Program-made: the position numbers and the translations under genes | In this document: positions 13,802 through 23,340 of the stretch, piece by piece | How the letters are laid out: each line of letters begins with the position of its first letter | Numbering within the stretch: position 1 is the stretch's first letter | The notes under the pieces: model-generated | What the model was told of the DNA's origin: nothing | Databases searched by the model: none | The model's input: the letters and a program-made list of their open reading frames with translations, nothing else | Assembly: GCA_963701115.1 (NCBI GenBank) | Contig: OY969566.1 | Location: 2,598,097-2,662,096, forward strand | Direction: 5' to 3' | DNA: 64,000 nt | Source: an uncultured Gammaproteobacteria bacterium | GTDB lineage: Bacteria; Pseudomonadota; Gammaproteobacteria; Xanthomonadales; Rhodanobacteraceae

Positions 13802-14428
13802 ATGGCGGTCGAGCGCAGCCCGGTGATTCCATCACGATCTCCGCCAAGCGGCGATGCGTTTCCGCTCGGCCCGGAACTTGTGCCCAGGCCTTTTGTGGTC
13901 GCCACGATGGGCTTGCCCGGTGCGGGCAAGAGTGTAGTGGCAAAGGCAATCGAGGATCAGCTTGGCTTGCGACGAATCTGCCGTGACCAGATCCGCGCGG
14001 CGATGTTTCCGCAATGCAGATACACCTACCTCGAAAAGCGTGCGGCTTATCGAAGCCTGTTGCTCGCGCTGGAAATCAACTGCATGCTTGGTGTCGGCAG
14101 TGTCATCGACGGCATGACCTTCTCGCGCCGCAGCGAGCTTGATCGCGTCGCCGAAGTGGCCGCAAAACTCGGCATCGTGACGATTCCGCTGCTGATCGAG
14201 TGCCCGCCCGAGCTGGCGCGCTCGCGGGTTGCCCGCGATCTGGCAGCAAACCGACACATGGCTGCTGATCGCACACCGGAAACGGTCAACGACGTCATCG
14301 CACGCCGTGAGCCGGCTCCCGAGGGCACCCTGATTGTCGACGCGACCTTGTCCGAGGCGGAGATGTGCAGGGCGGCAATTGCGGCGATCCGCGACAGCAT
14401 TGCGGCAGCCATAGCGGCCGGCACCTGA
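13802..14428 (+). CDS. P-loop kinase-like ATPase (AAA_33-type)
   Basis: Walker [24 protein letters not shown]; start codon uncertain. Confidence 0.75.
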   Translation: MAVERSPVIPSRSPPSGDAFPLGPELVPRPFVVATMGLPGAGKSVVAKAIEDQLGLRRICRDQIRAAMFPQCRYTYLEKRAAYRSLLLALEINCMLGVGSVIDGMTFSRRSELDRVAEVAAKLGIVTIPLLIECPPELARSRVARDLAANRHMAADRTPETVNDVIARREPAPEGTLIVDATLSEAEMCRAAIAAIRDSIAAAIAAGT

Positions 14429-14483
14429 GCGTCTGCGCCGGCACGCGGCGGATTGTTCGCCGGATACCGGCGATAATGCCGCG

Positions 14484-16014
14484 ATGACCGACATCCTGCT
14501 TGCAACCTTGAATGCCCGTTACGCGCATGCCTCGCTGGGATTGCGCTATCTGCGCGCCAACCTCGGCGAGTGGCACGAGTCCTCGGCGCTGCGTCGAATT
14601 CGTCATTGGCCAGAAGACCGAGGAAATCGTCGAAAAGCTGCTCGCCGACATGCCGCGCGTGATCGGCATCGGCGTGTACATCTGGAACGTCGAGGAATCG
14701 ACGCGTCTGGTTGCCCAGCTCAAGGTGTTGGCACCCGACATCGTCATCGTGCTTGGTGGCCCCGAGGTCAGTCACGAGGTCGATCAACAACGCATCTGCG
14801 CACTCGCCGACTACGTGATCACCGGCTGGGGCGATGTCAGTTTTGCCAACCTCATCGGCCGCTTGATGGCCGGTGAGCGGCCTGCGGACAAGGTCATCAC
14901 GGGGGTGCAGGCGCCGCTGCCGGCGATCGCCTCGCCGTACGCCGAATACACCGAGGAGGATGTGCGCCAGCGCAATCTGTATGTCGAGGCTTCGCGCGGC
15001 TGTCCGTTCAAATGCGAGTTTTGCCTGTCCTCGCTCGACAAGACCGCCTGGCCGTTTCCGCTCGACCCGTTCCTGGCCGATCTCGATTCGCTGTACGCGC
15101 TCGGCGCACGCCAGTTCAAGTTCGTCGATCGCACCTTCAATCTCAAGGTCGATACCTCGCGCGCCATTCTCGATTTCTTTCTCGCCAAGCTAGCGCTTGC
15201 GCCAGAAGATCCGGTATTCGTGCACCTGGAGCTGATCCCCGACCATCTGCCCGAGCGCCTCAAGGAGAAGATCATCCTGTTTCCGGAGGGCACCCTGCAG
15301 TTCGAGATCGGCATCCAGAGCTTCGATCCGGTTGTGCAGGCGCGCGTTTCGCGACGTCAGAAGAATGACGTGGCTGCAGCGAACATCGAGTGGTTGCGCC
15401 AGCAGACGCACGCGCACCTGCATGTCGACCTGATTGCCGGTCTGCCCGGCGAGGATATGGCCGGGTTCGCCGCCGGATTCGATCGGCTGGTCGGGCTTGC
15501 CCCGCACGAGATCCAGTTCGGCATCCTCAAGCGCCTGCGCGGTGCACCGATCTCGCGCCACACGATTGAGTACGGCCTGCGTTTCAATCCCGATCCGCCG
15601 TACAACATCCTCGCCACCAACGCGGTCGACTTTGCGACGATGCAAAGACTGTCGCGATATTCCCGATACTGGGACATCGTCGCCAACTCCGGACGCTATC
15701 GGCGAACCCTGATGCTGCTCCTCGGCGACAACCCATTCGCCCACTTTCTTGCGTTCAGCGACTGGCTGTACGAACGAACCGGGCAAACCCACGCACTGGC
15801 CCAGGAGCGGCTCGTTCACTTGTTGCATGAATATCTGTGCGGATCAGACCGGCTGCCCGAACTCGATATCAGTGCGGCGCTCAGCGCCGACTACCACGGC
15901 ACCGGCGGGCGCAGTCGCTTGCGCTTCGAGACCGGCGAGGTGGTTCGCGAACCACCACGGCAGCGCCGCGCGGAGTCCACACCGTCGAGACAGGTTCGCC
16001 ATCGAGGGACCTGA
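14484..16014 (+). pseudogene. B12-binding radical SAM protein (DUF4080-type) split by a +1 frameshift near 14592-14595
   Basis: Frame of 14484 gives [23 protein letters not shown]...SAL; the next frame continues VEFVIG...IGIGVYIWN...GGPEVS and the CxxxCxxC motif SRGCPFKCEFC. Confidence 0.75.
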
Positions 16015-16141
16015 GCGGAAAACAGCGGCTCAGGCAGCGACTCGATCTTCATGGGTTCCGTTCGAGTTCATCTACGACTTGAGACTCTGCGCCAGGCAAT
16101 CGCCGTCCGCTTCGGCCAGCGATCGACCAATCCGAGGAGAA

Positions 16142-16591
16142 ATGACCATGTTGAATCGAATGCTGTTGGCAGCGGCGACCGTGTTGCTGGTTGCGAGTTG
16201 TGCACCAGTGCAGTCCGTGCAAGCGCGGGGCAATTATTACGAACGTGGTTGCGAGGATTGCGGGCGCGTCATCCGCATCGAATCGATCGGACAGCGGGAC
16301 AACCGTGTTGGTGGCGGCACCGTACTTGGTGCAATCGTTGGCGGCGCACTTGGCAATCAGATCGGCAAGGGCGATGGGCGCAAGGCAGCCACGATCGTTG
16401 GCGCCCTGGCTGGTGGCGCGGTCGGTCATGACATCGAGAAAGATCGCCGTCGCTCGCGAACCTACTACCGCATCTTGGTGCGCATGGATCGCAACGGTCG
16501 CACCTATTCGTTCGAGCAGGCCGACGACTACCGCCTGCGTCGCGGTGACCGCGTCTATATCGACAATGGCTATGTCGTTCCGGCGCGTTGA
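16142..16591 (+). CDS. Glycine-zipper 2TM outer-membrane lipoprotein (SlyB/Pcp-like)
   Basis: Lipobox LVASC; GTVLGAIVGGALGNQIGKGDGRKAATIVGALAGGAVG. Confidence 0.85.
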   Translation: MTMLNRMLLAAATVLLVASCAPVQSVQARGNYYERGCEDCGRVIRIESIGQRDNRVGGGTVLGAIVGGALGNQIGKGDGRKAATIVGALAGGAVGHDIEKDRRRSRTYYRILVRMDRNGRTYSFEQADDYRLRRGDRVYIDNGYVVPAR

Positions 16592-16671
16592 TCAGACAGA
16601 TCATCTGCTCCGCAAGTACAGTCTGTTGACCTGAATCACAGCCCGCAGTGCTCGCATGCATAGCCTGCGGG

Positions 16672-17094
16672 CTACTCCCGCCGGTCTGCGGCGACGACGG
16701 GAATTGCGAACGGATGCGAGCCGGAAGGATTGGCCAGGATGCCAAGCCCGAGCTGCAGCCCTTGGCCGATGCGTCCCGCGTATTCGATCATGACGGCGGC
16801 TTCGCCGGCATCGAGCAACTCGTGGTTTGTCTCGCCCCACAACTCGATCCAGCGCCCGAAGTGATTGCTGCCGATCGCGTGCGGCCGGTGCAAGGCCAGC
16901 GGGTTGCCCTTGTAAGTGCCCGCGCGTAACACGACCGAGCACCAGAACGAGGTCAGCAGGCGTTTGTGCTCGTGCCAATCGTGAACCACGGGATTGAAGA
17001 CTGCGCCGAGCAGCGGATCGGCGCTGACCTTGTCGTAGAAGCAGTCGATCAATTGTGCGATCCGCGCTTCGTCGAGATGGGATGGTTTTGGCAT
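16672..17094 (-). CDS. Group III truncated hemoglobin
   Basis: FYDKVSADPLLGAVF, DWHEH...FW, LHRPH, HFGRWIELW; start at MPKPSHL. Confidence 0.8.
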   Translation of the reverse strand: MPKPSHLDEARIAQLIDCFYDKVSADPLLGAVFNPVVHDWHEHKRLLTSFWCSVVLRAGTYKGNPLALHRPHAIGSNHFGRWIELWGETNHELLDAGEAAVMIEYAGRIGQGLQLGLGILANPSGSHPFAIPVVAADRRE

Positions 17095-17236
17095 GGCAGA
17101 TTGAATGATGTGTGGCAGGGTTCGTCGATGAAGTCGTCCGGCACGTCCGGCATGTTTTCCTTGATCCGGATCAGGGATCCCGCCACAACGACGGATCGAT
17201 TTCAAACAGAGGCGCGCTTGTGGATCAAGCCGGTTG

Positions 17237-17692
17237 TCATGCTTTCACAGTCTTGCGCCGCACGTAGATCTGCTTCTTCACGCGGGCGATGAGTTCGCCC
17301 GATGCGGTTTTCACCTCGATCGGCAACCAGCGCAGATATTTTTCGCCGCTCGCGGTCGCCGAGCGGATCTCATCGAGCAGCACATCGTCGACATGGAATT
17401 CGGCAAATACGTCTTCCTTGCCCGGCGCGACGAATTCAATCTCGGCCGCCTTGTCCCAGACGATGTAGTCGCGACCGAGGCATTCCATGATCAGGATCAT
17501 CCAGTAGGGATCTGTCATGGCGAACAGGCTGCCGCCAAAATGCGTACCCACATAGTTTTTGTTGTACCAGCGTCGGCGCAGCACGATGCGCGCCGAGCGC
17601 CAATCCTCGCCGATGTCAAGCACACGGATCCCGCTGAACAGGAAAGGTGGCCACAGGTTCATCAGCCTGCGCATTCGACGGGCCGAGCGCAT
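17237..17692 (-). CDS. DUF4442 / hotdog-fold thioesterase-like protein
   Basis: MNLWPPFLFSGI, NYVGTHFGGSLFAMTDP, IVWDKAAEIEF. Confidence 0.8.
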   Translation of the reverse strand: MRSARRMRRLMNLWPPFLFSGIRVLDIGEDWRSARIVLRRRWYNKNYVGTHFGGSLFAMTDPYWMILIMECLGRDYIVWDKAAEIEFVAPGKEDVFAEFHVDDVLLDEIRSATASGEKYLRWLPIEVKTASGELIARVKKQIYVRRKTVKA

Positions 17693-17697
17693 ACGGA

Positions 17698-18573
17698 TCA
17701 GAACAGCAGTGACGACATGCGACGCCGATTTGTGGCGACCAGATCGGCATCGTCAATGACCAGGAAGGCGGCGATCAGGCGCTTTTTGGCCTGGCCTTCA
17801 TTCCAGTTGCGATCCGCCTTGAGAATGCCCAGGAACTGTTCGAGAGCCGCTTCGGTCTGGCCATCGATGAGCAGACGCACGCCAAGCAGGTCGCGCGCGG
17901 CATGATCGTTTTCATCCTTGGCGATGCGCGCCTGAAGTTCGGCCAGCGGCGGAGCGTCCTTGAGCACGGCGGCGAATTCGAGCTGGCCGCGCACGCGTCT
18001 GGCACGATCGTCACTTTCAAGATTGGCCGGCAAGGTATCGAGTTCGCTTGCGGCGGCCTTGGCATTGCCGGACTGCATGAAGGCAACCGCCAGATCGAGC
18101 TTGAGTTCGGCGCGATCCGGCGCGGCCGCGATCTCCTGCTGCAGGCGGGCGATAGCCTGTTCGGGCGTCTCGACCAGCTTTGCCGCGTCTTTATCGGTGC
18201 TTTCTTCGAGAGCTGCCGGGGGCGCAACATGACGACCGAGCAATTCGCGGATCCCGGCTTCGGCCAGGTTGCCTGCGAAGCCGTCGGCCGGCTGGCCTTC
18301 GCGCATGAGGATCACGGTTGGAATGCTGCGCACGCCGAACATTTCGGCGATCTGCGCCTGTGTGTCCACATCGATCCTGACCAGTTTCAGGCTGCCTTGA
18401 TAATCACCCGTGATCGTTTCGAGCAGGCTGCCAAGACTGATGCTCGCCTCGCTGCGCGGCGTCCAGAAGATCACCAGAACCGGCTGCGTCATCGAGGGCT
18501 GCAGCAGTTCCGATTCGAAGTTCGCCGTCGTGATGTCGACGACCGAGGCGGTGGATTGAGAAAGTTCGGACAC
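17698..18573 (-). CDS. ybbN: Thioredoxin-TPR chaperone CnoX/YbbN family, cysteine-free
   Basis: Thioredoxin fold (VLVIFWTPRSEAS, FGVRSIP), TPR-like C-terminus ending RRRMSSLLF; GTG start. Confidence 0.85.
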   Translation of the reverse strand: MSELSQSTASVVDITTANFESELLQPSMTQPVLVIFWTPRSEASISLGSLLETITGDYQGSLKLVRIDVDTQAQIAEMFGVRSIPTVILMREGQPADGFAGNLAEAGIRELLGRHVAPPAALEESTDKDAAKLVETPEQAIARLQQEIAAAPDRAELKLDLAVAFMQSGNAKAAASELDTLPANLESDDRARRVRGQLEFAAVLKDAPPLAELQARIAKDENDHAARDLLGVRLLIDGQTEAALEQFLGILKADRNWNEGQAKKRLIAAFLVIDDADLVATNRRRMSSLLF

Positions 18574-18745
18574 GAAAAACCCTCGATTGAAAACGATCAG
18601 TCAGAGTTCGGGACAGCGGCGCAGATAATCAAGGCCGCGCATGGCGGAGTGGCCTTGTCGACCCAAGGCATTGCGCCGCAGCCCATTCCCGAATTCGAGC
18701 TCAATCGCGATGCCCGACATCGCGATCGAGGTTTGTGCGCGTCTG

Positions 18746-20398
18746 TTACTTGCGTTGCGCAGCCGTTGCCTCGCGCGCGGCGCGGAACTCGGAATCGGCA
18801 CCCCACTGCGGCCAGCGATCGGAATTGGCCAGGTCATTGCCGAGTTTGTAGAGGATCGGCAGATCGTGAACCATGCCGGCGAAAGTCCAGCTCGGATCCC
18901 ATTCATCGGCAGGCTGGTGGTAGCGCTTGGACGTATAGTCCTTGCCCGCGGCTTCACCGGCCTCGATGCCGCCATCGACCCAGTCATTGCCCGAGCCCCA
19001 TGAAAGTGCCGGGACGCCGCGCTTGGCAAACGGGAAATGATCGGAGCGGAAGAAATATCCGGCCTCCGGATGCGGGTCGCTCACATAGGCCATGCCGTCC
19101 GCCTTGCCAACATCGATCAATTCATCGAGCAGTTCCGATTTTGCGCTGCCCGAGGTCGTGAAGTTGCGCGATACGCCAAACGGATCGAGTGCATCCATGT
19201 TGATCACGGCCACCGTGGTCGCCAGCGGGTACAAGGGCTTTGACGAGTAATACTCCGAACCCAGCAGGCCCTTCTCCTCGGCAGTCACGTTGAGAAAAAC
19301 AACCGAGCGCTCCGGTTGTGGTGCCTTGGCGAAAGCACGACCGATCTCGATCAGGGCTGCGGTACCGGTCGCATTGTCGACCGCGCCGTTGTAGATCGTG
19401 TCGCCCTTGGCATCGGCTTGACCGATGCCGAGATGATCCCAGTGCGCGCTGTAGATGACGGTTTCATCGGGACGCTTGCTGCCCTCGATACGGGCGACGA
19501 TATTGTGCGAGGTGATGACCTTGGCATTGACCGCGTAGTTGGCCGAGAACGTCGCGTCCTTGAGCGTCACAGCCTTGAAGTCGCGCGTCTGTGCCTGCTT
19601 CTTCAGTGCCTCGAAATCGAGGCCGGCTTGCTTGAACAGGTCAACCGTCGCATCGCGCTGGATCCAGCCTTCGATCTGCGGATGCACGTTGCCCGGATGA
19701 TCGCGCACGACATCGAACATCGTGTTCGTGTTCGAGTTCTTCACGGTTGCCCAGCCATACGATGCCGGTGCGGATTCGTGCACGACGAGCAGGCCGATCG
19801 CACCCTGGCGCGCGGCTTCCTCGAACTTGTAGGTCCAGCGACCGTAATAAGTCATCGCCTTGCCGCCGAAATCACCCGAGCCGGTTTCGAAATCGGGGTC
19901 GTTGATCAGGGCAATCGCGATCTTGCCTTTCAGATCGACGCCATCGAAATCGTTCCACTTCCGCTCTGGCGCGTGGATGCCATAGCCGACAAAGACCAGC
20001 GGAGCGTTCTTGACGCCGACCGACGTCGAGCCATCCATCGCCGCGCGGATCGCGACCTGTCCGCCCTGGGTCAGCGATTCGGATTTTCCGTCGACTGTCA
20101 GCGACAGTTCTGGCTTGCCTTCGATCTCGGCGCGCAACAGTGGCACGGCCTGGGTCCACAGGCGCTTGCCATCCTTGAGATCGCCGCCCGGCTGCAGACC
20201 GGCTTCCTTCATCTGGCCGATCACGTATTCGATCGTCTTCTCTTCCCCGGCCGTGGCCGGGCCACGACCTTCAAACGCGTCGGAGGACAGGGTTTTGACC
20301 TCTTCGGACAGGCGCTTGGCGTCGAACTGGGGGGCGTCGGCCGCATGGGCCAACAAGGGCAGGGAAAGCGCGATCACGCTGGCAATCATTCGTTTCAT
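18746..20398 (-). CDS. M28 family secreted metallopeptidase with PA insert
   Basis: Signal peptide; LSSDAFEGR, YSAHWDHLG, YNGAVDNATG, AEEKGLLGS, RSDHF. Confidence 0.9.
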   Translation of the reverse strand: MKRMIASVIALSLPLLAHAADAPQFDAKRLSEEVKTLSSDAFEGRGPATAGEEKTIEYVIGQMKEAGLQPGGDLKDGKRLWTQAVPLLRAEIEGKPELSLTVDGKSESLTQGGQVAIRAAMDGSTSVGVKNAPLVFVGYGIHAPERKWNDFDGVDLKGKIAIALINDPDFETGSGDFGGKAMTYYGRWTYKFEEAARQGAIGLLVVHESAPASYGWATVKNSNTNTMFDVVRDHPGNVHPQIEGWIQRDATVDLFKQAGLDFEALKKQAQTRDFKAVTLKDATFSANYAVNAKVITSHNIVARIEGSKRPDETVIYSAHWDHLGIGQADAKGDTIYNGAVDNATGTAALIEIGRAFAKAPQPERSVVFLNVTAEEKGLLGSEYYSSKPLYPLATTVAVINMDALDPFGVSRNFTTSGSAKSELLDELIDVGKADGMAYVSDPHPEAGYFFRSDHFPFAKRGVPALSWGSGNDWVDGGIEAGEAAGKDYTSKRYHQPADEWDPSWTFAGMVHDLPILYKLGNDLANSDRWPQWGADSEFRAAREATAAQRK

Positions 20399-20755
20399 CG
20401 GGATCTTCCTCAACTTAAACAGCCGGGAGATGGTAGCAGGCGATCAGTGCCGGTCTTCCATGACTTCCGACCTGTTGCATGCAGCGACGCGGAAGTCAGC
20501 GTCTGCGAGAGGCGCCAATCGAAGTTGAGCGAATTGGCCAATTTCGTTCGGTGTAGGCGGCCGTGGCGTTTTTCCTTGTTCCTGGAGCGCCATTCCGATG
20601 ACTCGTTGATGGATTCGGCGTCAGCCTTGTCGGAACCGGCGGCAAAGGAACCGGCACAACCGATCGGGAATTGTCGGCAAATGCGACTCGCGCCGCTTTC
20701 ACCCGATCGCCCGCAGCCTTACCATCAGGCGTTCATTCCCCGGGGATTGCTGCCG

Positions 20756-22819
20756 ATGAAATCGTTGATAATCGTGTTGTCGCTGGTTTTCGCTGTGCCG
20801 GCCGCCGCCGCGCCACAGCCGTTCGATGTCAAGGATCTGGTCATGATGGATCGGGTCGGTGATGCGCAGTTGTCTCCGGACGGGCGCACTGCCGCGTTCC
20901 AGTTGCGTGAGACCGACTACGCCGCAAACAAGGGCAAGTCGAGCATCTGGACTGTGCCAATGGTTGGCGGCAAGCCGACCCGCGTGACCGATGCCGCGCT
21001 CAATGCGAACACGCCGCGCTGGTCGGTTGACGGCAAAAGCCTGTATTTCCTCGCCGCCAAGGATGAGGTGAATCAGCTTTGGCGCGTCGCCGCCGGTGGT
21101 GGCGACGCCGAGGCGGTGGCAACCCTGGCGCTCGATATCGGCAGCTACAAATTGTCGCCGGATGGCCAGTCGGTCGCGTTCTCGGTCGATCTGTTCTTCG
21201 ATTGCGCTACCGATGCCGCACCGATTGCGTGCACGAAGAAGCGTCTCGACAAGCCCGCCGACGACAAGGCCAGCGGCATGCTCTTCAGCGAAGGCTTCGT
21301 GCGCCATTGGGATCAATGGTCGGACGGTCGCCGCTCACAATTGCTGATCGCCCGTTTCGACGCCGATGGCAAGCTCGGTGAGCCAAAACTGCTGAGTGGC
21401 AGCATCGATGGCGATGTGCCATCCAAGCCGTTTGGTGATGACGGCGAATATGCGTTCTCGCCCGATGGGGCGACCGTGTATTTTGACGTGCGCAACCTCA
21501 AGGCCGGCGAGCCGTGGTCGACCAATTTCGATATCTATTCGGTGCCTGCCAATGGCTCGGCCAAGCCGATCAACCATACCGTCGGGAATCCCGCCTGGGA
21601 TGCGAACCCGCTGCCCTCGCGCGATGGCAAGACCCTGTACTACCTGGCCATGAAGCGGCCCGGCTTCGAGGCAGATCGTTTCGCCATCATGGCGCTCGAT
21701 CTGGCCAGCGGCGAAAGGCGTGAAATCGCGGCGAGCTGGGATCGCTCGGCAGGGGCGCTGAAGGAATCCGCCGATGGCAAGACCCTTTACACGACCACCG
21801 ACGACAACGGCAAGCACCCGCTGTTTGCAATCGATGTCGCCACCGGCAAGGTCAGCAAGCTCGCTGGCGATGGCCAGGTTGCCGGATTCGATGTCGGGGC
21901 GAAGGCCTTGCTCATTGCGCGCAACGATCTCAAACATCCAACCGACCTCTACACGGCCGATCTGCGCGGTCGCAACCTCAGGCAGATCACCCGCTTCAAT
22001 GCGGCGCGACTGAAGGATCTGCGCATGGGCGACTTCGAGTTCTTCACCTTCAAGGGTGCCGAAGGGGCGGCCGTGCAGGGCTACGTGGTCAAGCCGGTCG
22101 GCTTCAAGTCGAACCGCAAGTATCCGGTCGCCTTCATCATCCATGGCGGTCCGCAAGGCGCGATGACCAACGATTTCCATTACCGCTGGAATCCGCAGAC
22201 CTATGCCGGGCAGGGCTTCGCCGTGGTCACGATCAATTTCCACGGATCGACCGGCTACGGTCAGGCTTTCACCGATGCGATCTCGCAGGACTGGGGCGGC
22301 AAGCCGCTGGAGGATCTCAAGCTTGGCTGGGCGGCCGCATTGAAGAAATATCCATTCCTTGATTCCGGCCGTGCCTGTGCGCTCGGCGCCTCGTATGGCG
22401 GCTACATGGTCAACTGGATCGCCGGAAACTGGAATGAGCCGTGGAAGTGCCTGGTCACGCATGACGGCGTCTTCGACACGCGCGCGATGGGCTACGAGAC
22501 CGAGGAGCTGTGGTTCTCCGAGTGGGAGAACGGCGGCACCGTCTTCGACAACCCGGAAGCCTACGAAAAGTTCAATCCGCTCAACCACGTCAAGGACTGG
22601 AAGGTGCCGATGCTGATCGTCCAGGGCGACAGGGATTTCCGCATTCCGACCTCGCAGGGTCTGGCCGCATTCAATGCCGCCCAGCGACGCGGCATCCCGA
22701 GCGAGTTGCTCGTGTTCAAGGACGAGAACCACTGGGTGCTCAAGCCGCACAACAGCGTGCAGTGGCACAACACAGTCAACGACTGGCTCAAGCGCTGGAC
22801 GGCCAAAGACGCAAATTAG
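20756..22819 (+). CDS. S9 family secreted serine peptidase (propeller plus hydrolase domain)
   Basis: Signal peptide MKSLIIVLSLVFAVPAAA; IHGGP, nucleophile GASYGG, DFR, DENH. Confidence 0.92.
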   Translation: MKSLIIVLSLVFAVPAAAAPQPFDVKDLVMMDRVGDAQLSPDGRTAAFQLRETDYAANKGKSSIWTVPMVGGKPTRVTDAALNANTPRWSVDGKSLYFLAAKDEVNQLWRVAAGGGDAEAVATLALDIGSYKLSPDGQSVAFSVDLFFDCATDAAPIACTKKRLDKPADDKASGMLFSEGFVRHWDQWSDGRRSQLLIARFDADGKLGEPKLLSGSIDGDVPSKPFGDDGEYAFSPDGATVYFDVRNLKAGEPWSTNFDIYSVPANGSAKPINHTVGNPAWDANPLPSRDGKTLYYLAMKRPGFEADRFAIMALDLASGERREIAASWDRSAGALKESADGKTLYTTTDDNGKHPLFAIDVATGKVSKLAGDGQVAGFDVGAKALLIARNDLKHPTDLYTADLRGRNLRQITRFNAARLKDLRMGDFEFFTFKGAEGAAVQGYVVKPVGFKSNRKYPVAFIIHGGPQGAMTNDFHYRWNPQTYAGQGFAVVTINFHGSTGYGQAFTDAISQDWGGKPLEDLKLGWAAALKKYPFLDSGRACALGASYGGYMVNWIAGNWNEPWKCLVTHDGVFDTRAMGYETEELWFSEWENGGTVFDNPEAYEKFNPLNHVKDWKVPMLIVQGDRDFRIPTSQGLAAFNAAQRRGIPSELLVFKDENHWVLKPHNSVQWHNTVNDWLKRWTAKDAN

Positions 22820-22839
22820 GCGTCAATCGCCAGAAAGGT

Positions 22840-22864
22840 TCGCGCCCGGGCAATCCGGGCGCGA
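22840..22864 (+). terminator. GC-rich hairpin after the S9 peptidase
   Basis: tcgcgcccgg-gcaat-ccgggcgcga; no U tract. Confidence 0.35.
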
Positions 22865-22879
22865 TGCATCGGGCATATT

Positions 22880-22949
22880 GTGGGAGCGACTTCAGTCGCG
22901 ATGCTCGGTCGAGGCCAGGCAGAAGCATCGCGACTGAAGTCCCTCCCAC
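22880..22949. repeat. GTGG-type REP doublet
   Basis: gtgggagcgacttcagtcgcgatgct (22880-22905) and its reverse complement with one mismatch (22924-22949). Confidence 0.85.
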
Positions 22950-23340
22950 TTCTTCAGATACGCAAATACCCGGCGTGTTGGATCATCATCCAGGGCGCGA
23001 TGAATGCCGAACTCAAAGAGCGACGTCGCTTGCCCGGATTCCGGACGGCATGGCTTTGCCGCCGGCAATCGCAGGCGCTGTCGAGATCAGGTGGGTCTTG
23101 GAGTGCAGCCCGTAGCCCACCTTGTCGCACAATTGATGCGATCTGCACATGGATATTTTCGGATCAGCGTTCGCAAGCCGCGTTGTTTGTGCGAGCGCTC
23201 TGATCGCTTCCGACTATTGGTGGTTGGCAAGCTGCCATGTTCCGGCGCGTATTGACGCGTGGCCGGACTCCTGTCGAAAATGACCGGGCAGGCGCCGGCT
23301 CGATCGAGCGGGCGCTTTTCGCGAAATTCTCGGGGGCAGA

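Noticed and set aside
14580-14600. Programmed ribosomal frameshift signal
   Set aside because: No slippery run, in-frame stop at the shift site or obvious stimulator; error or recent mutation is more parsimonious.
19316-20755. 1167-aa ORF extending the S9 peptidase upstream
   Set aside because: The extension is the antisense shadow of the M28 gene; the real start is the signal peptide at 20756.
22954-23255. Small ORFs (64 aa minus, 83 aa plus) in the REP-tonB gap
   Set aside because: No recognisable motif or convincing ribosome-binding site.
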